Positions 1 to 7,310 of a DNA stretch of 20,000 bases are shown one piece after another. A program made the position numbers and the translations under genes. Numbering within the stretch: the stretch's first letter is position 1; the number at the start of each line of letters is the position of its first letter. Below the pieces are notes generated by a model. The model worked only from the letters and a program-made list of their open reading frames with translations. It had not been told where the DNA came from and made no database searches. Source of the stretch: an uncultured virus (IMG/VR IMGVR_UViG_3300034072_002082) (Duplodnaviria; Heunggongvirae; Uroviricota; Caudoviricetes); IMG/VR virus record IMGVR_UViG_3300034072_002082. One strand, written 5' to 3'.

Positions 1-529
1 AGCCCCTCAGCTGCCAGACGAATTCGGCGTTGTCGGGCAGATCGAACATCGCAAGACGCTGCTTCGGTTGGGTAGCGTGGAAGCTGACGTAACGAGCCTT
101 GGCAAAGCTGGACAGGAATGCCTCAGAGCTCTCGTAGCCAATCCTGACCACACGTCCATCAGTGCCTTCAGCTATGTGGCTGATTTTACCGGCTGTATCG
201 ATATGTTCGAATGGCCCATTGAGGGCAGTCGAGAACCGTGTGGAGACGGGAAAGATGTCTCCCACGCCAAGGTTGGGAGCATGCCAAGCGCTCATGCCCA
301 CATACAGCCGATCAACGAAGGGAGTGTAATCGACTTGAAGAGCGTCAACACCATCGTTCATGATGGCGCTGCATTCCCAGATGCCGCCGGCGCGCACTCT
401 CTTGGTGATCTTCCAGGGGCCAACACTGGTATAGAATTGCTCGTCGTTCAGGTCGCGAGCGGCTGCTGGAACTGCTTGTGCTGCGAGGAGGGAAAGCGCG
501 GCTGCAATAAGGATCGACCGACTGCGCAT
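1..529 (-). CDS. Secreted hypothetical protein, paralog of 531..1082 and 2291..2854 (3' end runs off the window; absent from the ORF track)
   Basis: Manual translation from ATG at 529, 1 nt after the upstream stop: MRSRSILIAAALSLLAAQAVPAAARDLNDEQFYTSVGPWKITKRVRAGGIWECSAIM...YTPFVDRLYVGMS...SSEAFLSSFAKARYV...LAMFDLPDNAEFVWQLRG. It has a signal peptide and aligns by eye with the paralogs (Y..VG.W, first Cys, P..D.L..G.S, S.E.FL..). Confidence 0.8.
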   Translation of the reverse strand, partial: MRSRSILIAAALSLLAAQAVPAAARDLNDEQFYTSVGPWKITKRVRAGGIWECSAIMNDGVDALQVDYTPFVDRLYVGMSAWHAPNLGVGDIFPVSTRFSTALNGPFEHIDTAGKISHIAEGTDGRVVRIGYESSEAFLSSFAKARYVSFHATQPKQRLAMFDLPDNAEFVWQLRG

Positions 530-530
530 G

Positions 531-1082
531 TCAGTTTGCCGGCAGGGAGTACGCACACTGGCGCAGCATCTCGATGGCCTTGCCTGACCCGGCAAGATCA
601 ATCGCCGCCAACATCCGGGAGCCGGGATTGGTGTAGATCCCGAGCAGTTCTGCGCGCACGAGGGAATCGAGGAAGAGCTCGGTCGAGGGCATTACAGCCA
701 TGAACCTCCGACCGGCGCCGTAGGCTTCGATCGTCTTCTCGGCTTCGGCCTCGTATTCGAGGAAATCTTCGTTCATCTTGGTGCCGGAGACAAAGGCGAT
801 CTTCAGGCCGACATTAGCGCCATCCTTGAAGTTGGCGCCATCCTTAATCGAGAAGCCGAAGACCAGCACGTCCTTGACCGGAGCAAAGGCGATGTAAAGA
901 TGATGGTCACGTGTGCCCGCGAAGAGGTCACAGCGGGTGGTTGCATCGCCTCTCACATTGCGGGTGACTTCCCAGCCGCCCACTTTGCCATAGAGCTCTC
1001 CCGTATCGCTCGAAGCTGCGCTGGCAACGCTGGGCATGGCCACGGCAAGTGCAGTGGCGAAGAGGGCGGTAAGAATCTTCAC
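531..1082 (-). CDS. Secreted hypothetical protein with two Cys
   Basis: GTG start with GGAGG RBS and Sec signal peptide (ASA-A). Clear similarity to 2291..2854 (ELYG...GW, RC.L.A, GFSI.DGANF, MPSTE.FL, L.GS.KA...LR.CAYSL). Confidence 0.85.
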   Translation of the reverse strand: MKILTALFATALAVAMPSVASAASSDTGELYGKVGGWEVTRNVRGDATTRCDLFAGTRDHHLYIAFAPVKDVLVFGFSIKDGANFKDGANVGLKIAFVSGTKMNEDFLEYEAEAEKTIEAYGAGRRFMAVMPSTELFLDSLVRAELLGIYTNPGSRMLAAIDLAGSGKAIEMLRQCAYSLPAN

Positions 1083-1130
1083 GGCATTTCCTCCAAGTAC
1101 GGATAGTCCTTGGGGGCAAGAACCCTAAAA

Positions 1131-1228
1131 TTTTGCTTCGCCTGAGTGACTTGCTCCAGAATGGCCGAAGCTTATGTGTTGATCGGGGTCATTCGGCTTT
1201 CAGCGAGTATGCGCATTTGCGCAGCAGA
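1131..1228 (-). pseudogene. 3' remnant of a fourth paralog; diverged direct repeat of 2228..2330
   Basis: The minus strand encodes LLRKCAYSLKAE-stop (TGA at 1189-1191) versus LLRKCAYSLKAQ-stop at 2291. About 60 nt of downstream non-coding DNA also aligns (ttttgcttcgcc...gacttgc...aatggc.gaagct). Confidence 0.75.
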
Positions 1229-1760
1229 ACGCCGACCGCAATAGCGGGAGTCCGATCCGTCATGGTCGGTCCTATTTTGTTATAGAAAAGGCGGACCTCG
1301 TCCCGCGCTGCCCTGACAAAAAATCACAAGCCTCGCCATCAATTTGTGTGTCGCGAGGTTAAAGAAATCTCAATCCTCGGCGCCTAGGGATCAAGCACCT
1401 CGCAATGGCTTAATCACCGGCGCGGGGTGTGCATCGCGCACTGAACACGGGTCCGCTCTGTCGGACGGCCCGCAGAATATAATAGGCCGTAAGGCCGAAT
1501 ATGTGGGCGTGCTACCCCGTGTTCGCGCGTGACTAACCGTCCCGGCACCAGTCGGGGCGAAGACGCGGGGGCCAGCTTGGATAGAGTCTTACGGTCTGGT
1601 TCGGTGTTACCGATCCTTAGCTTTTCTTCTCTATTGCAGTTTCCGGCTCAACCAGAACAACGTCGCTTTCGCTATTGCGGTCGGCGTTTGCTTCCTGATC
1701 TATCCTTGGTTCTGGGAACGCAGAGAGCGAGAGGGGAAGTCGGGGTTCTGGCGTGGTCGA

Positions 1761-2111
1761 ATGATTGCTGCTGCGATATACACCGTCTTAGTTGTGCGAA
1801 TAGTTATCATCTACCCGGATGGATTTGGCGGAGTTCCTTATTCAGAGGCGAAAGCTGCCGTCGCAGCCAACCTTCGCGACCCCGGCAGTGCAGACTTTCG
1901 CAACATGCTTGGTAGTACCTCAGCCGTATGCGGTGAAGTGAACGGCAAGAATGGGTTCGGGGCGTTTGCAGGGTTCAAGCGCTTCGTTTTTGCTGACGAC
2001 ACTGTGACTTTCGAGCCCGAGATGCCGGTCGCGGCAGATGTTCCCGGCATGACCGCCTACTATCAGGCGTCAGCCACCTTCTCTCGTGTCAGCCAGCGTT
2101 GCTATCAGTAG
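1761..2111 (+). CDS. Membrane-anchored conserved hypothetical protein
   Basis: N-terminal hydrophobic segment followed by LRDPGSADF...VCGEVNGKNGFGAFAGFKRFV, a pattern I recognise from a phage/plasmid family of unknown function. Confidence 0.7.
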   Translation: MIAAAIYTVLVVRIVIIYPDGFGGVPYSEAKAAVAANLRDPGSADFRNMLGSTSAVCGEVNGKNGFGAFAGFKRFVFADDTVTFEPEMPVAADVPGMTAYYQASATFSRVSQRCYQ

Positions 2112-2290
2112 CTTGCCTCGATCACACACTGGATGCGGCACGTCGCAATCATAACACCCCGACATACCCCTTCCTCATCGGCCGCCGTCATGTAGCCGAT
2201 GAGGAATTTGGCTCGTGATGCTTCGATTTTTGCTTCGCCCTCTGCGACTTGCGACATAATGGCGGAAGCTCATCCTGTGATCGCCTGGGA

Positions 2291-2854
2291 TCATTGGGCC
2301 TTCAGTGAGTAGGCGCATTTGCGCAGCAGATCGACGGCCTTGCTCGACCCTTCAAGGTTGACGGTCACTAGCAACCGCAGATTGGGATCGGTGAAGATGG
2401 CAATGTTGTCCGCCCGGGCAAACCTGCGCAGGAAGGTCTCGGTGCTGGGCATCTTTGAATAGAAGGTCCGGTGATCCTCACCGTTCCGATTAGCCCCGAC
2501 GCCTGCATCAGCGTAGATCCAGTCCGGATCGAGGTTCTGGGCTGTCGTCAGTGCTACCTGAATATCAATACTTTTGCCCACGGCAAAGTTGGCGCCGTCT
2601 TGAATGCTGAAACCGAGGAGCACCCCGTCCTTGAAAGGGTCAAATGCTACGAGAAGGGTGTAGAGGTTTGTCTCGGCGTAGAGCTCGCAGCGGTTGCGCT
2701 TGCCAGGGACAACAGCCTTGAAGACCGTCCAGCCGTTGATGTCGCCGTAGAGTTCGGAGCCGCCATCTTCCTGTGCATTTGCTGGAGCGAGAGGAGTAAG
2801 CGCCAGCATGCCGGCCAACAACAGGGCAAGACTTCTCAAGGCACATCCTTTCAC
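2291..2854 (-). CDS. Secreted hypothetical protein, paralog of 531..1082
   Basis: Signal peptide (ANA-Q) and shared motifs with 531..1082. Confidence 0.85.
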   Translation of the reverse strand: MKGCALRSLALLLAGMLALTPLAPANAQEDGGSELYGDINGWTVFKAVVPGKRNRCELYAETNLYTLLVAFDPFKDGVLLGFSIQDGANFAVGKSIDIQVALTTAQNLDPDWIYADAGVGANRNGEDHRTFYSKMPSTETFLRRFARADNIAIFTDPNLRLLVTVNLEGSSKAVDLLRKCAYSLKAQ

Positions 2855-2920
2855 GTTCCAGCATGTCTGGTAGTGAAGCCCTGCAACCTCTGCAATCAGG
2901 GTTAGATCAACCTTGGGAGA

Positions 2921-3763
2921 TTACGCTATCGGCACACCAACCCAGCGAGCCTTAGCGCCCCGGGAGTTCTCCACCACCGGTCCCTTGCCTTCGATCCACA
3001 GATCAAGCTCTTCGACCGTGTAGTACCCTGAGGCGTTCCACTTCTGGTCTCGCGGGTTCTGCAGGAACATCACTGGGTAGGAGGTTAGGCTATCCTTCAT
3101 CGGCCGCACAGCTGTCAGTGCGAAATAGCCAAGGTGACCTTCATGGCGCGATCCGGCGGCGGCATGGATCCGCTCGATGATTCCAGTCTCGGTCGCAAGA
3201 CGCGCAACCTCCGCACGCTCTCGCACGAGTTCGTCGTAGCGCTGACGCCAGTCCGTGGGTACCTGCGAGGCACGAGCGATGGCAAGGCCGCCACGGGAAT
3301 AGGGATTTGGGGTGCCGCCGAGCCAGACGGCGATATCGCCCTGCTCAAAGCCTTCCTGGAGGTTGTTTGCGATTTCTGCAGCCTGGTCCCCATAGAGGCC
3401 GATGGCAAAGTGCTGATCGTCAAACGCGCCGGTGACGACGCATTCTTCGTATCGGCGGGAGAGCAGTAGGCTCGGAAATTCCGCAACCTTATCCGAGGTC
3501 GTAAGAAATTGGCCGTTGTCCCTGACGATACGGTGATTTTTGAAGCGCGAAGCGACAAAGCCGCCGGCGTGAATGCGATCGGCAACAGGGGCAGGGGTCT
3601 TGTTGGTCTCGAAAGGCCCTGTGGCCTCGATCCCCAGCCGCCACTGCAAGGGGATTATCCCGTTTTCTTGCTCCGCGGTGTAATCCCCAGCAAGAACGAC
3701 GCCGTAGATGGCGTCGTTCTCGTCACGTAGCAATTTGCTTTCGATCATGTTCGCGCGGCGCAT
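2921..3763 (-). CDS. Hypothetical protein (start 3763 or 3748)
   Basis: 280-aa ORF co-oriented with its neighbours, GGGGG RBS-like element, globular composition, C-terminal YPVMFLQNP.DQ...GYYTVEELDLW motif. Function not recognised. Confidence 0.7.
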   Translation of the reverse strand: MRRANMIESKLLRDENDAIYGVVLAGDYTAEQENGIIPLQWRLGIEATGPFETNKTPAPVADRIHAGGFVASRFKNHRIVRDNGQFLTTSDKVAEFPSLLLSRRYEECVVTGAFDDQHFAIGLYGDQAAEIANNLQEGFEQGDIAVWLGGTPNPYSRGGLAIARASQVPTDWRQRYDELVRERAEVARLATETGIIERIHAAAGSRHEGHLGYFALTAVRPMKDSLTSYPVMFLQNPRDQKWNASGYYTVEELDLWIEGKGPVVENSRGAKARWVGVPIA

Positions 3764-3779
3764 CCCCCCGATGCTCCGC

Positions 3780-4262
3780 TCAGAACCAGCCGAGGCCGTA
3801 GGCCAGGGCGCCGATGGTGCCCCACAGCATGACGGAAAGGCCGATGGTAAGAGCCAGCTGGTTGCGGGGCTTCATCGGCATCTGGTGCGGAGCAAGGCCC
3901 ATCATGTCGGCCGAGATCGTGCTCCAGCTGAACTCGATCGTGCGCTTGCCGTTCTCGAGCGAGGTTACGGCGAACTGGACCGGCGACTGGGTGATCTCGA
4001 TACGGTCGGTGGGCGAGATGCCAAGAGATGCGAGCGCGCGATCGTGTCCTGCGAGCATGTCCGATTCGGTAACACCGAACTTCCAATCGCCATCGTCCCA
4101 GCGGAAGGCGAAGTCTTCGGACTTGCGAGCGATCAGGTACAAGATCTTGCGAAGCGCGGCATGGCCAGCGCTGCGGGGAGGACGAACGCCCGAGAGAGGA
4201 GCCGCAAAACGGACTTCTGTGGAACCCTTGAGACCAAGGATGTCATGTGTGATTGCGTTCAT
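3780..4262 (-). CDS. Hypothetical protein with C-terminal transmembrane anchor
   Basis: GGGAG RBS before ATG; C-terminal hydrophobic helix LALTIGLSVMLWGTIGALAYGLGWF. Confidence 0.75.
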   Translation of the reverse strand: MNAITHDILGLKGSTEVRFAAPLSGVRPPRSAGHAALRKILYLIARKSEDFAFRWDDGDWKFGVTESDMLAGHDRALASLGISPTDRIEITQSPVQFAVTSLENGKRTIEFSWSTISADMMGLAPHQMPMKPRNQLALTIGLSVMLWGTIGALAYGLGWF

Positions 4263-4338
4263 GATTTACTCCCCATGGATATGCGTACCCCCAACAGCGG
4301 GTAACGTCCATAGAGAAGATACAAACGGTACGGACGTA

Positions 4339-4959
4339 TCAATCCGGCTCGGACGTAATGTCCTTCTGGTGCCGGATAATGCCTGCATGCGTATAGATCA
4401 TCCGCTTGGCACCCTGGCTATCAAATCTCGATGCCACCACGGTGTAGTGGTGGTGGCGGTGGGAAGCGACGCTGGTCACAAAGCCTCGGGCAAGTGCAGC
4501 GGCGCAGTATCCCGCCAGATGATAGCTGTCAGGATGGCGGACCTGAAGGAACAAGGCGCCTTCTACTGCGATCTTGTCCTCTTTGCCGCCGTCCTGCTCG
4601 ATTTCAACGGCGCCATCGAAGAGCCGGGCGCTGATCGCAGGGAAGGGTTTGAGCTGCTCGGTTTGCGTGAAAGCAAATCGCTGCTTCATGCCGGACAGTA
4701 CAACAGCCGGCGCCGGCCTGACGTCAACGGCGGTTCCGATTGGGCATTCGTAGAATGCAAGACGGCCCCGCGCCTCCTGGCGTTGGGCCATCATTGCAAG
4801 GTAGGCAGTCACATTGGGTGGGACCGGCAATGCCGAACCCACCCAACGCCTCACTGTGCTGCCATCAACGCCAAGGGCTGCAGCCAGGCGGGTTTGCCAG
4901 CCGTAGCCGAACAGATCTTCCCCGACGCGTTTGAAGTCGTCGATGGTTTCGATCTGCAT
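4339..4959 (-). CDS. Cro/XRE-like HTH protein with unknown C-terminal domain (206 aa), coupled to TROVE
   Basis: Start revised to ATG 4959, overlapping the TROVE stop (TGATG), with GGAG RBS. N-terminus GEDLFGYGWQTRLAAALGVDGSTVRRWV is an HTH pattern. Confidence 0.75.
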   Translation of the reverse strand: MQIETIDDFKRVGEDLFGYGWQTRLAAALGVDGSTVRRWVGSALPVPPNVTAYLAMMAQRQEARGRLAFYECPIGTAVDVRPAPAVVLSGMKQRFAFTQTEQLKPFPAISARLFDGAVEIEQDGGKEDKIAVEGALFLQVRHPDSYHLAGYCAAALARGFVTSVASHRHHHYTVVASRFDSQGAKRMIYTHAGIIRHQKDITSEPD

Positions 4960-6266
4960 CACTGGCACTCCTGCTCGTAGGTGTGGATCCATCGCAGCAC
5001 TTGCTCTGAAAAGCCAGAGATGCGCGTCCACGGGCCATAGCCAATGGCGTTCTGCGCCGATGCCACGTTGATCATGTACGCGCGGCTGGCACTTGCCGGG
5101 CCGACAGGCGCGCTCGCTTGCTCGTCGGTGATGACGATCAGGCGGTCATGCTCGATGGCATTGATGTGACGGACGGCTGCACCAAGCTCGGTACCAAGGT
5201 GTGACTGCGACTTCTTGATCGCCGACACGCCTGCCATACCCCGTCTGGGCGGAACCTCCACGACCTTGCTCGAGAAGGTGAAGACCCGGACATTGCCGTG
5301 GATCACGCTGGCAAGGGTCGCAGCAGCGTCCATGCGCGTGAGATCCGACTTGCTAGACAGCGGCGCGTCCATGCTGCCCGATACGTCGACGAGAACAATG
5401 GTCTCGCCGCGCAGGATCGGCATGTCGGCAACCGCAGCACACAGCGCCTCGTCGAGCTGGGGCTCGAAGCGCGGCGCGGCCCGGGCGGCGGCGACATAGC
5501 GGAAGGGCAAGACGTCGCGAGCTCCCTTGCGCGCGAGGATGGCCTCGCGCACAAGGGCCACATCGACACCGGCATCGCTCATGTTGCGCAGGTTCCGCAA
5601 CAGAGCGAGATAACCAAGCTTGCCCTCGCGCAGCAGGCGCTCGAAGGTCTCGCGCTTGTCGGCGCCACCGGAGAGGCCAACCTCCCAGGTGTCAGGCGCT
5701 GCCAAGGTCCCGTTGATGAGACGGCCGTAGGTGTCAGCCATCTCGTCATTGGCCGCCTTGGGGTGAGCCAGACGCAGGACGTCCTTGATCGTGACCGTTG
5801 CGGCCCGATTGTACTTGGCAAGCTGATAGGCGTCGAAACGGCCCATGGCACGTGCCAGCCCGCGGCGCATTGCTGCCGGGATCGGGCGTCGGCCGTTCTT
5901 CCAGTAGAGGGCCAGCAGCTCACCGGGCTCATCTGCGCGGCGGCACACCTCGTAGATCAGCGAAGCTGTGTCGAATGCCGATCCCAGCCGACGCTCGATG
6001 ACCGAGATCACCAGCCACAGGGCGACGTGGCGCATATTGGCCTGGGTGCGAAGCTCGATGGCAAGGTCGGCCACCTGCTTGACCGGCACCGTGGCCGCAA
6101 GCGACTGGATGCGCTCGGCGATCGACACGCCGTCCTCGTAGAACTCGCTCTCCCAGAGCATCGCAGACGAGGTCGCGCGGCGCAGGGCGGCAATGTCCTT
6201 CAGAGGAACAGCAGGCGCGCCCTCATGCGTGCGCAGGGCATTCTTGGGCCGGGTATTGGTGCGCAT
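4959..6266 (-). CDS. rsr: TROVE domain protein (Ro60/Rsr ortholog) with vWA domain, 435 aa
   Basis: ATG 6266 with AGGAGG RBS. TROVE motifs WESEFYEDG, RADEPGELLALYW, FDAYQLAKY, KDVLRLAHPK, TWE..LS, YLALLRNLRNM, LPFRY; vWA MIDAS DVSGSM and ITDEQ. Confidence 0.93.
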   Translation of the reverse strand: MRTNTRPKNALRTHEGAPAVPLKDIAALRRATSSAMLWESEFYEDGVSIAERIQSLAATVPVKQVADLAIELRTQANMRHVALWLVISVIERRLGSAFDTASLIYEVCRRADEPGELLALYWKNGRRPIPAAMRRGLARAMGRFDAYQLAKYNRAATVTIKDVLRLAHPKAANDEMADTYGRLINGTLAAPDTWEVGLSGGADKRETFERLLREGKLGYLALLRNLRNMSDAGVDVALVREAILARKGARDVLPFRYVAAARAAPRFEPQLDEALCAAVADMPILRGETIVLVDVSGSMDAPLSSKSDLTRMDAAATLASVIHGNVRVFTFSSKVVEVPPRRGMAGVSAIKKSQSHLGTELGAAVRHINAIEHDRLIVITDEQASAPVGPASASRAYMINVASAQNAIGYGPWTRISGFSEQVLRWIHTYEQECQ

Positions 6267-6305
6267 GGCATCCTCCTTGAGCAGCGGGAGACGCACAGAC
6301 GACCG

Positions 6306-6451
6306 ATCAAGGCGAGGCGGGTATTATCGGCCTCGGACCAAAGGTGCACTAACCACTATGCTACCGGCCTCAAGAGACTGGGCTGGATTCGAACCAGCGT
6401 AACCTGCTGACATGCGAAGTAACCGAGACCTGCGCCTCGCCTCGCCTTGAT
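6306..6451 (-). ncRNA. yrlA: YrlA-like Y RNA with a circularly permuted tRNA-like domain
   Basis: 14-bp terminal stem ATCAAGGCGAGGCG/CGCCTCGCCTTGAT and inner stem GGTCTCGG/CCGAGGCC. Inside, 5'->3': T-arm GCTGG-TTCGAAT-CCAGC (6398-6382), loop-closed acceptor-like stem (6381-6364), UA, then D-arm GCAT-AGTGGTTA-GTGC (6361-6346). It lies directly upstream of the Ro60 gene. Confidence 0.88.
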
Positions 6452-6457
6452 AAGGAC

Positions 6458-6522
6458 GTCCGGGAAATGTCGAGCACCGCATTTTTTCCAAAAACGAAGT
6501 AACGGTGCTCTGCGCCTCGGAC
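6458..6522 (-). ncRNA. Second, minimal Y-RNA-like RNA without a tRNA domain
   Basis: GTCCG/CGGAC and GAGCACCG/CGGTGCTC stems. It shares CGAGGCGCAG, GTTACTTCG and CGAyAwTwCCCG with the YrlA-like RNA, while the paired stem sequences differ compensatorily. Confidence 0.75.
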
Positions 6523-6529
6523 AGACATA

Positions 6530-6558
6530 TAAATAGTGCGCCTCGCACTAACCGTCAA
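6530..6558 (-). promoter_or_regulatory. sigma70-type promoter for the Y RNA-Ro operon
   Basis: TTGACG (6558-6553), 17-bp spacer, TATTTA (6535-6530). The predicted start falls at about 6523, matching the 5' end of the first RNA. Confidence 0.7.
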
Positions 6559-6580
6559 GCGATTAGTGCGAGGCGCACTA
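6534..6580. promoter_or_regulatory. Pair of palindromic operators TAGTGCG-N3-CGCACTA
   Basis: 6534-6550 TAGTGCGCCTCGCACTA and 6564-6580 TAGTGCGAGGCGCACTA are perfect reverse complements of each other, flank the -35 box and have centres 30 bp apart. Confidence 0.75.
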
Positions 6581-6592
6581 AATTATTCCAGA

Positions 6593-6623
6593 TTGGTGTT
6601 GGCGCCGGGTCAGCGCCGACCAA
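6593..6623 (-). terminator. Hairpin immediately after the mucR stop
   Basis: Imperfect inverted repeat ttggtgttggcgc/gcgccgaccaa with no strong U-tract. Confidence 0.4.
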
Positions 6624-6624
6624 A

Positions 6625-7083
6625 TCAGGCCTTGGCGGCGGCCGCCTTGCGAGCGGGCTTGCCTTCGGCCTTCTCTGCCGGCTTGCGACCGAGGCCAATC
6701 TTCTTGGCCAGATCGCGGCGCGTCTCGGCATAGGCCGGAGCGACCATCGGATAGTCGGCGGGCAGGTTCCAGCGCGCGCGGTACTGCTCGGGCGTCATGT
6801 TGTAGTGCGTCATGAGGTGACGCTTGAGCATCTTGAGCTTCTTGCCGTCTTCGAGGCAGACGATGTAATCGTTCTTGATCGAGGAGCGGATCGACACTGC
6901 AGGCTCAGGTGCCGCCTCTTCAACGACAGCCGGCTCACCAACGCCAGCGAGCGAAGTGTAGACGTTGGAGATGAGGGTCGGAATGTCACCGACGGCGACG
7001 CTGTTGTTGCCGACGTGAGCGGCGACGATATCAGCAGTCAGAGTGATAAGAGTTTCGTGCATGTTGTCATTGATCTCGGACAT
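6625..7083 (-). CDS. mucR: MucR/Ros family transcriptional regulator (Cys/Asp/His/His zinc finger)
   Basis: LTADIVAAHV.NN N-terminus; IVCLEDGKKLKMLKRHLMTHYNMTPEQYRARWNLPADYPMVAPAYAETRRDLAKKIGLG. Confidence 0.95.
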   Translation of the reverse strand: MSEINDNMHETLITLTADIVAAHVGNNSVAVGDIPTLISNVYTSLAGVGEPAVVEEAAPEPAVSIRSSIKNDYIVCLEDGKKLKMLKRHLMTHYNMTPEQYRARWNLPADYPMVAPAYAETRRDLAKKIGLGRKPAEKAEGKPARKAAAAKA

Positions 7084-7310
7084 TGTTCAACCTTGTTTAG
7101 TGCGATTACCCGAAACCTCCTAATCTGCCTCTTCGCAGATTATTGCAACCCCTAAGTCAAGCCTACGCAGTATTATCTGCTTGATTTGCAAAATGGCGCA
7201 AACTGTCGCTGCAGCACGATGATTCATCGCAGCTTGGTAGCTTTGCCGAAAATATTATTGCGTTTATTGCGGATTAACCCTGATGCGAGGCAAAGCATTT
7301 CGCAGCCTAA

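Noticed and set aside
68..703. Plus-strand 211-aa ORF
   Set aside because: It overlaps antisense to the secreted paralogs at 1..529 and 531..1082, which have homology support.
2105..2257. ~50-aa minus-strand ORF (MSQVAEGEAKIEASRAKFLIGY...)
   Set aside because: Short with no clear RBS, and its start region is not preserved as an ORF in the duplicated copy at 1131-1190.
6346..6398. Canonical tRNA gene or tRNA-derived att site
   Set aside because: The T-arm lies 5' of the D-arm, the acceptor stem is loop-closed, and there is no anticodon loop or CCA. It is better explained as a YrlA-type Y RNA.
3814..6410. Plus-strand ORFs of 388 aa and 370 aa
   Set aside because: They are antisense to well-supported minus-strand genes (TROVE, HTH, membrane protein).
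6306..6580. CRISPR array or iterons from the repeated GAGGCGCA/GTTACTTCG motifs
   Set aside because: Only 2-3 short, irregularly spaced copies embedded in RNA stems; no cas or rep gene.
6500..6620. sigma54/RtcR or alphaproteobacterial LexA (GTTC-N7-GTTC) control of the Ro operon
   Set aside because: I found no -24/-12 TGGCAC-N5-TTGC element or LexA box here; a sigma70-type promoter fits better.
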